From Pseudomonadota bacterium (GTDB taxonomy: Bacteria > Pseudomonadota > Gammaproteobacteria > Ga0077536): DNA of 64,000 nucleotides. The notes under the pieces were generated by a model that ran no database searches, was not told the origin of the DNA, and saw nothing but the letters and a program-made list of their open reading frames with translations. Shown in pieces: positions 1 through 10,038 of the stretch (its first letter is position 1; each line of letters opens with the position of its first letter). The position numbers and the translations under genes were made by a program. Location of the stretch: contig JAYYOR010000011.1 in assembly GCA_036130055.1 (NCBI GenBank), positions 11,733-75,732 of the forward strand, given 5' to 3'.

Positions 1-1
1 G

Positions 2-31
2 ACTTACTTAAAAAAAGTGATTCTAACATGA
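2..31 (+). CDS. 3' end of a CDS running off the window start (possibly homoserine O-acyltransferase MetX, from metX-metW synteny only)
   Basis: The frame is open from base 2 and stops at TGA 29-31, forming an ATGA overlap with the metW start at 28. Only 9 codons are visible, so the product is inferred from synteny. Confidence 0.3.
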   Translation, partial: TYLKKVILT

Positions 32-642
32 AGATTAAAGAATTAAGATCTGAACATCAAATTATTGCCAATTGGATAACTCCCGGTGCAAGAATTTTGG
101 ATCTTGGATGTGGTAACGGAGATTTTCTTGCTGCTTTACAAAGCGAGAAAAAAGTAACCGGATACGGAATCGAGATTGATCCAGACAATATTGTAGACTG
201 CATATCAAAGAATGTTAAGGTAATTCAAGCTAATCTAGACGAAGGTTTGAGCGGCTTTGATGCAAACTCTTTTGATTATGTAGTTATGACTCAAACCATC
301 CAAGCCATGAGGTTCCCTCACAAAGTGATCAATGAAATGCTTCGAATAGGGCGGGAAGTCATCGTCACTTTCCCTAACCTAGGTCATTGGAAACATAGAT
401 TGAGATTATTTAAGGGCAATACCCCAGTAAGCGCACCACTGCCAAACAGCTGGTACGAAACGCCAAACATTCATATCTGTACTATCAACGATTTTGAAAA
501 ACTATGTACATTACTGGGAATAAATATTATCGAGAGAGCGGTCCTCGATTCAACTCATAAGCCTGTAAAAACGATGCAAGTCTTTCCTAATTTTTTTGGT
601 GAAGTAGCAATATACAGAACTTGCAAGGCGGCACGATTTTAA
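28..642 (+). CDS. metW: methionine biosynthesis protein MetW
   Basis: 204 aa. N-terminal SAM-fold motif ILDLGCGNGDFL. The overall MetW-like sequence includes IANWI and the C-terminal region NIHICTINDFEKLC. Confidence 0.85.
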   Translation: MKIKELRSEHQIIANWITPGARILDLGCGNGDFLAALQSEKKVTGYGIEIDPDNIVDCISKNVKVIQANLDEGLSGFDANSFDYVVMTQTIQAMRFPHKVINEMLRIGREVIVTFPNLGHWKHRLRLFKGNTPVSAPLPNSWYETPNIHICTINDFEKLCTLLGINIIERAVLDSTHKPVKTMQVFPNFFGEVAIYRTCKAARF

Positions 643-646
643 AAAA

Positions 647-1420
647 TTAGAACTTATAATTAATTATTACTGGAGCGTGGTCTGAAAAACGAGTAGTTTT
701 GTATGTCTCTGAACTTTGAATTCGTGAAGCAAAACTTGAACCCACTATTTGATAGTCAATCCTCCAGCCGACATTATTTTCCCAAGCTCTGCCCCTATTT
801 GACCACCAGGTATATTCCACTTTATCTGGATTTCTCAATCGATATGCATCGCATAAATCAAATTTTTTAAAAATCTTATCTAGCCAAGCCCGCTCTTCAG
901 GAAGAAAGCCCGAGTTTTTTTTATTTCCTTTCCAGTTTTTTAGATCAATCTCATTGTGAGCTATGTTCCAATCCCCACAAATGATAAAATTTTTCAATTG
1001 CTGCTTCTTACTCAATAACCAGTCTTCAAATTTATCCATAAATTGATACTTTGCCAATTGTCTTTCTGGACTCGAGGAGCCTGAAGGAAAATACACTGAA
1101 ACTATTGAAAAGTTCTCAAAATCAAATTGAATGAACCTGCCCTCATTATCAGCTTCCTCAAATCCAAACGACTTAGACACGTTTAACGGATTTTTTTTTG
1201 AATAAATGGCAACACCGCTATATCCTTTTTTCTTCGCATCTGAAAAACCAGTACTCCAACCATCGGGATTTATTATTGATTGATCCAACTGAACGACTTG
1301 CGCTTTTGTCTCCTGAAAACAGACCAAATCTGGCTTCTGACTTTCTAACCATTCAAAAACCCCTTTTTTCACCGCTGAACGGATGCCATTCAAATTTAAC
1401 GAAATAACTTTCATTTCCAT
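647..1420 (-). CDS. xthA: exodeoxyribonuclease III
   Basis: 257 aa. ISLNLNGIRSA start, CFQETK, ICGDWNIAH and the SDHAPV C-terminal motif are typical of the ExoIII/APE family. Confidence 0.9.
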   Translation of the reverse strand: MEMKVISLNLNGIRSAVKKGVFEWLESQKPDLVCFQETKAQVVQLDQSIINPDGWSTGFSDAKKKGYSGVAIYSKKNPLNVSKSFGFEEADNEGRFIQFDFENFSIVSVYFPSGSSSPERQLAKYQFMDKFEDWLLSKKQQLKNFIICGDWNIAHNEIDLKNWKGNKKNSGFLPEERAWLDKIFKKFDLCDAYRLRNPDKVEYTWWSNRGRAWENNVGWRIDYQIVGSSFASRIQSSETYKTTRFSDHAPVIINYKF

Positions 1421-1470
1421 AGCATTTATTTTATCGTATTATTCCAATATGGTTAATCTTTTACTGAAAA

Positions 1471-2115
1471 ATGCAAGGCTACAAAAGCATATTTATACAA
1501 AACGCCTATGAATGTGGTGCATTGCGTTTCGGTGAGTTTATATTAAACTCAGGAAGACTTAGTCCATTCTTTTTTAATACAGGCTTATTTGCCGACGGTA
1601 AATCGATCAATGCAATTGCAAATGCATATTGTGAGAGTATTATGCATAATCAAATCGAATTCGACATGTTATTCGGTCCAGCCTATAAAGGGATTCCTCT
1701 GATCACTGCCATTGCTCAGATTATATATCAGAGAAAAAATCAAACAGTTGCATTTTCGTTTAACAGAAAAGAAAAAAAGATGCATGGGGAAAAAGGTTCT
1801 CTAGTAGGTGCAAAAATAAAGAGCAACGTGTTAATTATTGATGATGTTATATCATCCGGTATTTCAATCGCACAATCAATAAACACAATCATAGAAAATG
1901 GAGGCAATATTGCTTCCATATTGGTAGCTCTTGATCGGAAAGAACGAAAAGAAAGCGCTACTAATGGAGAAAATCCTTCATCTATCATAGGAAATATTCC
2001 AGTTTTTAGTATAATTAACTTTTTTGATATTTTGGACTTTGTCAAAAGCGATTCAAAATTAAAACGCTATACAGAATCATTGGTTAGATATCATGAAAAA
2101 TATGGAATTAATTAG
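1471..2115 (+). CDS. pyrE: orotate phosphoribosyltransferase
   Basis: 214 aa. ALRFGEFILNSGRLSPFFFN and the PRPP-binding loop VLIIDDVISSG. Confidence 0.9.
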   Translation: MQGYKSIFIQNAYECGALRFGEFILNSGRLSPFFFNTGLFADGKSINAIANAYCESIMHNQIEFDMLFGPAYKGIPLITAIAQIIYQRKNQTVAFSFNRKEKKMHGEKGSLVGAKIKSNVLIIDDVISSGISIAQSINTIIENGGNIASILVALDRKERKESATNGENPSSIIGNIPVFSIINFFDILDFVKSDSKLKRYTESLVRYHEKYGIN

Positions 2116-2707
2116 TCTATATAAAAAGAACTTTGCGATTATCTTTCTAACTTTTATTGCTCCTATAGTAGTCCAGGCTAAGATAAAATGCTGGACAAAT
2201 AAAGAGGGCATCAAGGAATGTGGCGATCGCATTCCGCCTCAGTACGCTCAAGAAGCTTCAGAAGAATTTTCCGATGGTGGAATCCTTTTAAAGAAAAACC
2301 CTAAAGCAAAAAAAATTGATCAAGTTAACCAGGACAACAAGCTTGCCAATGCACAAGCCAATAAGGAGAAAGCTGATCAATTACTGATAAATATGTTTAG
2401 TAACGTCTCTGAAATTTATTCAGCTCGTGATAAAAAAATAGAGCAAATTAATCAAGAGATCAGACTAATTGAAACCAGAATGCAAAAATTAATTGAAAAT
2501 AAGTTAAAAATTGAATCTGTGATTGAGAAATCAAACCCAGATGGCAAAGACCGAATCGCAAGATTAAAGAACGATTTAATTTCAACTGAAGTTCAGATTG
2601 AAAAAAGTAATCAATTCATTTTAGAAAAAGAAAATGAACTTAGCTTGGTTTTGCAAAAGTATAAAAAAGACTCCGAAAGATTTATCGAACTACAGACTAA
2701 TCGTTAA
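2093..2707 (+). CDS. secreted DUF4124-like protein with a long coiled-coil tail
   Basis: Signal-peptide-like N-terminus (FAIIFLTFIAPIVVQA), then KCWTNKEGIKECGDRIPPQY resembling the DUF4124 motif, then K/E/Q-rich heptad-like sequence. The start is uncertain (ATG 2093 or 2102); both overlap the pyrE end. Confidence 0.5.
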   Translation: MKNMELISLYKKNFAIIFLTFIAPIVVQAKIKCWTNKEGIKECGDRIPPQYAQEASEEFSDGGILLKKNPKAKKIDQVNQDNKLANAQANKEKADQLLINMFSNVSEIYSARDKKIEQINQEIRLIETRMQKLIENKLKIESVIEKSNPDGKDRIARLKNDLISTEVQIEKSNQFILEKENELSLVLQKYKKDSERFIELQTNR

Positions 2708-3586
2708 CTAACGCTCAATAAGAGTTCCTATTCCCGCATCAGTAAACAGTTCTAATAAAAGAGAGTGTGGCAACCTTCCATCTATAATATGAGCTCTTGG
2801 AACACCATTTTCAACAGCACTCAATGCGCTATTTACTTTTGGAATCATTCCTTCACTAATAACTTTGTTCTTTAGCAACTGTTCCATAAGTATGCGATCC
2901 GCTACAGAAACGAGATTGCCTTCTCCATCTTTTATTCCTTCGATGTTGGTCATTAAAATTAATTTTTCAGCGTTTACAGACTCAGCAATTTTACCGGCTA
3001 CTAAATCCGCATTTATATTATATGACTTATTATCATCCCCCAAGCCGATTGGAGCAATAACAGGTACGAAATCCCCATTTTTTAAAAACTGTAACAAGTT
3101 TGTATCGACCGTAGCAATTTCTCCCACCCTTCCTAGATCCACGACATCAGTAGCGCTTGACTCTTCATAATTTAAGGCTAATTTTTTTGCAGTCAGTAAT
3201 TTGCCGTCTTTCCCGGTTAACCCTATAGCCCGACCGCCATTTATATTTATCAGATTAACTAATTCCTTATTAACCAAACCACCCAAAACCATTTCCACTA
3301 TTTCCATAGTTTCATCATCAGTCACTCGCATACCGGCAACGAAATGACTTTTTTTTCCGATTTTATTCAATACCTCAGCAATTTGAGGCCCTCCTCCATG
3401 AACAACTATTGGGTTTATACCAACCAATTTCATAAGAACGATATCTCGTGCAAAGCTCGTGTTAACTTCTCCCCCAGTCATTGCATTTCCACCATATTTT
3501 ACAACGACGTACTTCTCTTGATACTTCTTTATATAGGGGAGCGCCGCGGCTAGAAGCTCTGCTGTGTTAACTAAATTTTTATTCAT
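2708..3586 (-). CDS. argB: acetylglutamate kinase
   Basis: 292 aa. VVKYGGNAM, VVHGGGPQI and NINADLVAG motifs of the amino-acid kinase family. Confidence 0.92.
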   Translation of the reverse strand: MNKNLVNTAELLAAALPYIKKYQEKYVVVKYGGNAMTGGEVNTSFARDIVLMKLVGINPIVVHGGGPQIAEVLNKIGKKSHFVAGMRVTDDETMEIVEMVLGGLVNKELVNLININGGRAIGLTGKDGKLLTAKKLALNYEESSATDVVDLGRVGEIATVDTNLLQFLKNGDFVPVIAPIGLGDDNKSYNINADLVAGKIAESVNAEKLILMTNIEGIKDGEGNLVSVADRILMEQLLKNKVISEGMIPKVNSALSAVENGVPRAHIIDGRLPHSLLLELFTDAGIGTLIER

Positions 3587-3599
3587 TTTTATTCGTCAC

Positions 3600-5021
3600 T
3601 TAAAAAGGAAGTTTAATGTTTGATTCTGATGATAATATCAGATCTCTAAAAATGTCTTGGATTTGACGCAATGACTTTTCTGAATCACCTTCAAATCGAA
3701 GAACCAGGCTTGGGGTGGTATTAGACGCTCGCATTAAACCCCAAGAGTTAGTTGTTTCTATCCTTAAACCATCGACAGTAATGACCTGTCCTTTTATTGA
3801 GTCCTTCTTCAACATTACTTTGTCGACTAAATATTGGGCTTCACCCTCATTAAGCTCAATATTTATTTCAGGAGTTGAATATCCGGATGAAACTGCATCA
3901 AAGAAGCCGCGGGGGTCCGGTGCCAAACTCAACATTTCCAACATACGAGCTGAAGCATAAATAGCATCATCAAAACCGTACCACCTGTCTTTAAAAAAGA
4001 TATGGCCGCTCATCTCACCACCTAATTCGGCTTTTTTTGTAATCATCATCTCTTTTATGAAAGAATGTCCCGTCCTACAAATAAATGGATTTCCGCCTAA
4101 CTTCCTGATTGTCGAAGGAAGACTCCCTGTGCACTTAACGTCATATACAATTGAAGCACCAGGACGATTTTCGAGTATGTTTTTTGCAAATAATATGAGC
4201 TGCCTATCAGGCCAAACTATTCTTCCATAAGCGTCTACAACCCCCAAGCGATCTGCATCTCCGTCGAAAGCTAATCCTATGTCGGCTTTTTCTTTTTTTA
4301 CCGTATCTATTAATTCTTTTAGGTTGCTGGGTTTTGACGGATCGGGATGATGATTTGGGAAATTACCATCGACCTGACAGAACATTTCGATCACATCGTG
4401 TTGCAAAGCAGCAGCAATCCTTGGAGCAATTTCTCCAGCCATACCATTACCGCTATCGATCACTACTTTTAATTTTCTTGTTGGGTGATGTATATTTTCT
4501 AACACTTTAGACATGTATTCTTTTACTACATTTTTTTTTGAATAAATACCTACGGCGGACACAAAGTCATTTTTTTCAATATGATCTTTTAACTTTATTA
4601 TTTGGGAACCATAGAAGGGCTTGCCCATCAATGACAACTTCAATCCATTGTACTCTTTTGGATTATGGCTTCCCGTTACCATGATTCCAGCATCACACTT
4701 TAGATAATGCATTGCAAAGTATAAAACTGGTGTTGGTACTTCGCCAATATCGACAACAGTGTTTCCGGAATCAATTAAACCTTGGGCCGTTGAATTTAAA
4801 ATACCAGGGCTTGACACGCGACAATCTCTTCCAATAACCACAGTGTTTCCTCCCATCGCGATCAGTTCTTTAGCAACAGCCTTTCCAATCAAATAGGAAA
4901 GTTCGTCGGTTAATTCTGTATCCGACTTTCCCCGAATATCATATGCCCGAAAAATGTTTAAAGGGATATTACCCACTGTAGTTTGAATAGATTTATTATT
5001 TGGTTGGTATAATTGTGTCAT
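3600..5021 (-). CDS. algC: phosphomannomutase/phosphoglucomutase
   Basis: 473 aa. Active-site phosphoserine loop VTGSHNP, metal loop FDGDADR, GGEMSGH sugar-binding loop. The argB-algC-coaBC order matches Pseudomonas. Confidence 0.85.
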   Translation of the reverse strand: MTQLYQPNNKSIQTTVGNIPLNIFRAYDIRGKSDTELTDELSYLIGKAVAKELIAMGGNTVVIGRDCRVSSPGILNSTAQGLIDSGNTVVDIGEVPTPVLYFAMHYLKCDAGIMVTGSHNPKEYNGLKLSLMGKPFYGSQIIKLKDHIEKNDFVSAVGIYSKKNVVKEYMSKVLENIHHPTRKLKVVIDSGNGMAGEIAPRIAAALQHDVIEMFCQVDGNFPNHHPDPSKPSNLKELIDTVKKEKADIGLAFDGDADRLGVVDAYGRIVWPDRQLILFAKNILENRPGASIVYDVKCTGSLPSTIRKLGGNPFICRTGHSFIKEMMITKKAELGGEMSGHIFFKDRWYGFDDAIYASARMLEMLSLAPDPRGFFDAVSSGYSTPEINIELNEGEAQYLVDKVMLKKDSIKGQVITVDGLRIETTNSWGLMRASNTTPSLVLRFEGDSEKSLRQIQDIFRDLILSSESNIKLPF

Positions 5022-5037
5022 TTAACCCCATTTTATT

Positions 5038-6234
5038 TTATAAGTTCATCTCACTATGAACAAAGTCTATTAGTTGTTTGGCCACTTCATATTTAGGTGC
5101 TTTCTCGATCAACATCTGTTTTTTTTGTGATAAGACTAGCAATTCATTGTACTCAGAATTAAAACCTAGGTTTTTATTGCTTACGTCATTAGCAGCTAAC
5201 ACATCGCACCCTTTTTCACGTAATTTTTGAAATCCATTAGTCTGCAAGTCATTGGTTTCGGCAGCAAAACCAATGACAAAAGGGCGGTCTTTAATGTTAG
5301 ATATTTCAGCTAATATATCTTTATTCTTAGTTAATTTAAAATTTATAGATTCGGATTGTTTTTTTATTTTTTTATTGGAATACGACGCAGGCTTGTAATC
5401 ACAGACTGCTGCAACACAAAAAACAATATCAATAGACTTTGCGTTTATATATTTAAAGGTCTCTTCAAACATTTCATCTGCGGTGGTCACACGAGAAACT
5501 TCGCAATCAGGAGGTGGCGGTATCGCTGAAGGGCCTGAAATTAAAAGTACATCAGCGCCAACCTCGACTGATCTTCGAGCAATCTCATAACCCATAGCTC
5601 CGGAACTATGATTAGATATAAAACGAACAGGGTCAATCGGCTCAATAGTAGGTCCGGCGGTCACAATCACTTTCTTATTCTGCCAGATTCCCTTCTTCAA
5701 CATCCCATGTACCGCACTGATAAAGGTTTCTGGATCCATCATCCTGCCCAGACCGGATTCTCCACATGCAAGTTCACCAGCACTAGGCCCATGAAATTGG
5801 AAAGCGCGAGTCCTTAGCAATTCAATATTTTTTCTTGTAGCTGGGTTGTTCCACATCTGAACATTCATTGCAGGAGCGACCAATATCTCTTTCCTTGTAG
5901 CGAGGCAAATACTGGTCGCAAGATCATCTGCCTGTCCTGCCGCTAATTTAGCAATAAAATTAGCCGTAGCTGGAGCAATTACGATAGCATCCGCCCATCT
6001 AGCAAGCTCAATATGCCCCATGCCAGAACTTAATTCATCATGAAACAAATCAGTATGGACGGTGCTGCCGGAAACAGCTTGTAAAGCAAGAGGTGTTGTG
6101 AATTCGGAGGCAGACTTAGTCATCACCACCCTGACATCCGCACCAGCTAACTTGAATACTCTTACAACTTCTGGTGACTTATACGCCGCAATTCCTCCGG
6201 AAACTATTATGATTATTTTTCTGTTTGTTAGCAT
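5038..6234 (-). CDS. coaBC: bifunctional phosphopantothenoylcysteine decarboxylase / phosphopantothenate-cysteine ligase
   Basis: 398 aa. N-terminal flavoprotein domain (IIIVSGGIAAYK, PAMN) and C-terminal CoaB domain (FISNHSSGAMG, AAVCDY). Confidence 0.92.
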   Translation of the reverse strand: MLTNRKIIIIVSGGIAAYKSPEVVRVFKLAGADVRVVMTKSASEFTTPLALQAVSGSTVHTDLFHDELSSGMGHIELARWADAIVIAPATANFIAKLAAGQADDLATSICLATRKEILVAPAMNVQMWNNPATRKNIELLRTRAFQFHGPSAGELACGESGLGRMMDPETFISAVHGMLKKGIWQNKKVIVTAGPTIEPIDPVRFISNHSSGAMGYEIARRSVEVGADVLLISGPSAIPPPPDCEVSRVTTADEMFEETFKYINAKSIDIVFCVAAVCDYKPASYSNKKIKKQSESINFKLTKNKDILAEISNIKDRPFVIGFAAETNDLQTNGFQKLREKGCDVLAANDVSNKNLGFNSEYNELLVLSQKKQMLIEKAPKYEVAKQLIDFVHSEMNL

Positions 6235-6379
6235 ATTTACAAAAATATTTTTATTTTCTCAGAATATTAACATTTAAATAAACGAAAAAATATTTTTTCA
6301 GCAAGACATAAAGATTTTAAGTTGTAACAGAAAAAGAAAAGTGCGAAAATCGACAATAAAAATCAATTAGGAAAATACA

Positions 6380-6601
6380 ATGTCGAGAATTTGTCAAGTA
6401 ACAGGCAAACGACCAATGGCTGGAAACAACGTCTCTCATGCTCACAATAAGACCAAAAGACGCTTTTTGCCAAATTTACAGACCAGAAAATTTTGGATTG
6501 AAAGTGAGAAAAGATGGGTCCGTCTAAGAGTAAGCACTAAAGGGTTGAGAATAATCGACAAAAATGGGATCGAATCAGTTTTAAATAATCTGAGGTCATA
6601 A
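6380..6601 (+). CDS. rpmB: 50S ribosomal protein L28
   Basis: 73 aa. [34 protein letters not shown] is a near-canonical L28 N-terminus. Confidence 0.95.
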   Translation: MSRICQVTGKRPMAGNNVSHAHNKTKRRFLPNLQTRKFWIESEKRWVRLRVSTKGLRIIDKNGIESVLNNLRS

Positions 6602-6605
6602 TCAA

Positions 6606-6764
6606 ATGCAGGAAAAGATAAAATTAGTTTCAAGCGCTGGTACAGGTCATTACTATACTACAAGTAAGAATAAGCGCACTCATCCCGAAAAATTTGAAAT
6701 GAAAAAGTATGACCCAGTAATAAGAAAGCATGTTAACTACAAAGAATCTAAGATTAAATCCTAA
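6606..6764 (+). CDS. rpmG: 50S ribosomal protein L33
   Basis: Not in the ORF track (52 aa). My translation from ATG 6606 is [52 protein letters not shown], with stop TAA 6762-6764. The L33 hallmarks are present, and it lies immediately downstream of rpmB as expected. Confidence 0.92.
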   Translation: MQEKIKLVSSAGTGHYYTTSKNKRTHPEKFEMKKYDPVIRKHVNYKESKIKS

Positions 6765-6786
6765 ATAGCCTTCTAAAGGTATACTT

Positions 6787-7599
6787 ATGCCCGAATTGCC
6801 AGAGGTTGAGACAACTGTCCAGGCGATTTCAAACAAACTACTCACACAAAAAATAGATTCTCTCGAAGTACATGAATCGAGATTGAGGTATCCTTTTAAG
6901 CATAATTGGGTAGAAAAAATAGATGGTCAAACCATTGTAAAAATAAACAGGCGAGGAAAATACATAATTATTAAACTTGTCAAAGGGGCCCTCATTATAC
7001 ATTTAGGGATGACAGGCAAATTATATTTTGCAAATCCTCAAGACCCATTAAAAAAACACGATCACTTCGAATTTAAAATAGGTAATATGAACCTGAGATA
7101 CAATGACCCAAGGAGATTTGGTTGTCTAATTTGGACAAACAATGACCCATTGCAACATGCCCTTCTCATTAATCTAGGTAAAGAGCCGTTCAGTAAGACT
7201 TTTTCAGGAGACTATCTTCACAGGAAAGGAAGAAAAAGTGAAACAACAATTAAGAATTTTATTATGAACAATAAAGTTGTTGTGGGAGTAGGGAACATAT
7301 ATGCAAATGAGGCTCTGTATTTAGCTGGTATACACCCGAAACGAAAAACTTGTAATATCAGTCTGAAAAGGTGTGATGAATTAGCTTATTCCATTAAAAG
7401 GGTCCTGGCTAAAGCCATACGGTCTGGGGGAACAACCATAAAAGACTACTTTTCTCCTTCAGGTGAACCGGGTTATTTTAAAAATAAACTTTATGTCTAC
7501 GGAAGGAAAAATGAATCATGCAGACGTTGTAAAAACAAAATTAAAAGAATGATAATAGGACAACGTTCATCTTTTTATTGTTCTCATTGTCAAACCTGA
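6787..7599 (+). CDS. mutM: formamidopyrimidine-DNA glycosylase
   Basis: 270 aa. Catalytic N-terminus MPELPEVE and a C-terminal zinc finger CRRC...CSHCQ. Ends in TGA. Confidence 0.93.
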   Translation: MPELPEVETTVQAISNKLLTQKIDSLEVHESRLRYPFKHNWVEKIDGQTIVKINRRGKYIIIKLVKGALIIHLGMTGKLYFANPQDPLKKHDHFEFKIGNMNLRYNDPRRFGCLIWTNNDPLQHALLINLGKEPFSKTFSGDYLHRKGRKSETTIKNFIMNNKVVVGVGNIYANEALYLAGIHPKRKTCNISLKRCDELAYSIKRVLAKAIRSGGTTIKDYFSPSGEPGYFKNKLYVYGRKNESCRRCKNKIKRMIIGQRSSFYCSHCQT

Positions 7600-7601
7600 G
7601 A

Positions 7602-9302
7602 TTATTCCAATACGAGTGAAGCGCCCTCACCTCTGGGGTCGCTTGCAACAGTAACTTTTCCATCCTCTTTTTCTAACAATAGTGCTTGCATATTACCGTA
7701 AAGCCTATTTATCTCTTTTAGCTCGTGTCCTTTTTTAATCAGTGCTTTTCTAAGCTCGGCAGAAAAAGCCCCTTTCTCAAATTGAATTTTATTCGGAATA
7801 AACTGATGATGATATCTTGGGGCAGAAACCCAAGCGTCAGGCGTCTTTCCATTTATATATTCTAAAATCGAGAGTAAAACCATTGATATAATTCTACTTC
7901 CGCCCGGCGTTCCAAGAACTGCTGTGTTCGTGACACTATCTAAAATAGTAGGGGTCATGCTTGATAACGGTCTTTTATTGGCTTCTATAGAATTTGGTTT
8001 TAACCCTACTAAGCCGTAAGCATTAGGAGTCGCTGGAGATATCGAGAAATCGTCCATTTCATTATTTAAAAGCACCCCTGTTTTGCCGGCCACGAAGCAA
8101 GAGCCAAATGGATAGTTTATACTCAAAGTAACAGAAGCGATATTTCCCTCATGATCTATTATTGAAAAATGGGTTGTTTGATCTCCTTCCAAAGTTTTAG
8201 TTTCTACTATATTTTCACTCGAAGACGCGGAGTTGATAGATATTTCCTGTCGCAATCTTTCAATGTATTCAGTCGAAATAAGTCCATCGACATCTATATT
8301 ATTAAAGTCGGGATCACCAAGAAATTTAGCCCTATCCCTAAAGCCTTTTTTCATCGATTCCACGATAAGATGAACTCTGTCACCCTGCGAATAATTTGGC
8401 AATTCAAAATTTTCTAATATTTTTAATGCTTGAATCAGTATCAGTCCTCCAGAAGAAGGTGGAGGGGCTGATATTAAACGTATCTCGTTAAAATCTTCAA
8501 CAACTGGTTGTCTTTCTTTAATAGAGTAGTTACTAAGATCAGTTAGTTGCCAAAGACCGCCCCCTTCAATAACTCCGGCTACCAGGTCCTCTGCAATTCT
8601 TCCGTTATAAAACTTGGAACTATCTTTTGAAATTAGAGATAAAGTGTTAGCCAATTCGGGCTGTTTAATCTTAAATCCTATTTGCGGTACTTTCATTTTA
8701 TCCAGAAAAATATCGGAAGATTTATCGAATTGGTTCAAGCACTCCAATCTAAAACCAGCCATTCTTCTGTAACGTTCAGTAACCAGAAATCCCTTTTTGG
8801 CGATGTTTATAGATTCAGCCATTGACGAAGTTAAATCCAACCTTCCATAAAACTCAGCAATGTAACCAAGCGCCGCAGGCAAACCAGGAATAGCCGCACT
8901 CAAAGGACTATCCAAAGCTTTTTTTCGCGAATAGTTTCCAGTGTCATCGTTAAACATTTTACTATTTGAAAATGCAGGAGCTGTTTCTCTCGCATCTATG
9001 AAAGTATATTTGTCTTCACTTGCCTTATAAAATAAAAAAAATCCTCCTCCACCTATACCAGATCCGAATGGCTCCACAACAGCCAAAGTAGAGGCCACAG
9101 CAATGGCGGCATCAAAAGCATTTCCCCCCTTTTCAAGAACGTTAATACCAGCCATTGTTGCCATGGGGTGAGCAGAAGCTATCCCGGATTGATTTTTGGA
9201 GTAACAAATGTTTAAAGTTAATAGAAACAAGAAAACAATATAACAGGATGTTCTTGTTGTAGCTCTAAGCTTTGATTGAGAGAAATTTTTTAAACAATAC
9301 AT
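7602..9302 (-). CDS. ggt: gamma-glutamyltransferase
   Basis: 566 aa. Signal peptide, autoprocessing/nucleophile site GDQTTHFSIID, and the GGSRII motif near the C-terminus. Confidence 0.9.
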   Translation of the reverse strand: MYCLKNFSQSKLRATTRTSCYIVFLFLLTLNICYSKNQSGIASAHPMATMAGINVLEKGGNAFDAAIAVASTLAVVEPFGSGIGGGGFFLFYKASEDKYTFIDARETAPAFSNSKMFNDDTGNYSRKKALDSPLSAAIPGLPAALGYIAEFYGRLDLTSSMAESINIAKKGFLVTERYRRMAGFRLECLNQFDKSSDIFLDKMKVPQIGFKIKQPELANTLSLISKDSSKFYNGRIAEDLVAGVIEGGGLWQLTDLSNYSIKERQPVVEDFNEIRLISAPPPSSGGLILIQALKILENFELPNYSQGDRVHLIVESMKKGFRDRAKFLGDPDFNNIDVDGLISTEYIERLRQEISINSASSSENIVETKTLEGDQTTHFSIIDHEGNIASVTLSINYPFGSCFVAGKTGVLLNNEMDDFSISPATPNAYGLVGLKPNSIEANKRPLSSMTPTILDSVTNTAVLGTPGGSRIISMVLLSILEYINGKTPDAWVSAPRYHHQFIPNKIQFEKGAFSAELRKALIKKGHELKEINRLYGNMQALLLEKEDGKVTVASDPRGEGASLVLE

Positions 9303-9510
9303 CTCTGGATTCTATTTTTTGAGGGTCTTGAGGTATACATGCTACTGGGCAGATTGCAACACATTGTGGCTCATCAAAGTGTCCAACACACTCGGTGCAT
9401 AACTCAGTTTTTATATAATAACGATCGGTTTTTTCATATATAGCTTTATTTGGACAAACAGGCTCGCAAACATCACAATTTATGCATTCATCTGTAATCA
9501 TTAAGGCCAT
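9265..9510 (-). CDS. YfhL-type 4Fe-4S dicluster ferredoxin
   Basis: 81 aa. CINCDVCEPVCP and CTECVGHFDEPQCVAICP cluster motifs. Overlaps the ggt start by 38 nt. Confidence 0.85.
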   Translation of the reverse strand: MALMITDECINCDVCEPVCPNKAIYEKTDRYYIKTELCTECVGHFDEPQCVAICPVACIPQDPQKIESRDVLFKKFLSIKA

Positions 9511-9535
9511 TTTACAACACCCTCAAGCATATTTA

Positions 9536-10027
9536 TTAGATTTGTTTAAACTTGTCTTTAAGAGCATCACTTACGACCGGATGCACGAAGGAACTAACAT
9601 CTCCTTTGTAACGAGCGATTTCTCTGACCAACGAGGAGGAGATATAAGTATAACTTTCTGAAGTTGGAAGAAACACGGTTTCTACCTTTGGGAGAAGTTT
9701 TCTGTTCATCCCAGCTAACTGAAACTCATATTCGAAGTCGCTTACCGCTCTTAAGCCACGCAACACAACCGAAGCTTTACTGGCTTGGGCAAAATCCACC
9801 ATGAGTCCCTTGAACTGAATTACTTCTACATTTGGAATGCTTGCGAGTACAATCTTTGCTAGCTCTATTCGTTGCTCGAGAGAAAAAGTAGTGGCTTTAG
9901 ACGTGCTCTCCGCTATACCTAAAATCAACTTGTCGAATAATGGCGCGGCTCTTGCGACCACATCCACGTGGCCATTAGTAATTGGGTCAAAAGTTCCAGG
10001 ATAAATTGCAATTTTTTCGTTAGTCAT
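9536..10027 (-). CDS. coaD: pantetheine-phosphate adenylyltransferase
   Basis: 163 aa. [13 protein letters not shown] nucleotidyltransferase motif and ISSSLVRE near the C-terminus. Confidence 0.93.
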   Translation of the reverse strand: MTNEKIAIYPGTFDPITNGHVDVVARAAPLFDKLILGIAESTSKATTFSLEQRIELAKIVLASIPNVEVIQFKGLMVDFAQASKASVVLRGLRAVSDFEYEFQLAGMNRKLLPKVETVFLPTSESYTYISSSLVREIARYKGDVSSFVHPVVSDALKDKFKQI

Positions 10028-10038
10028 TTACGCAACTA

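Noticed and set aside
6442-6845. Minus-strand ORFs 6442-6633 and 6630-6845
   Set aside because: They overlap rpmB, rpmG and the mutM start, all of which are unmistakable on the plus strand. The sequences are hydrophobic junk with no ribosome-binding context.
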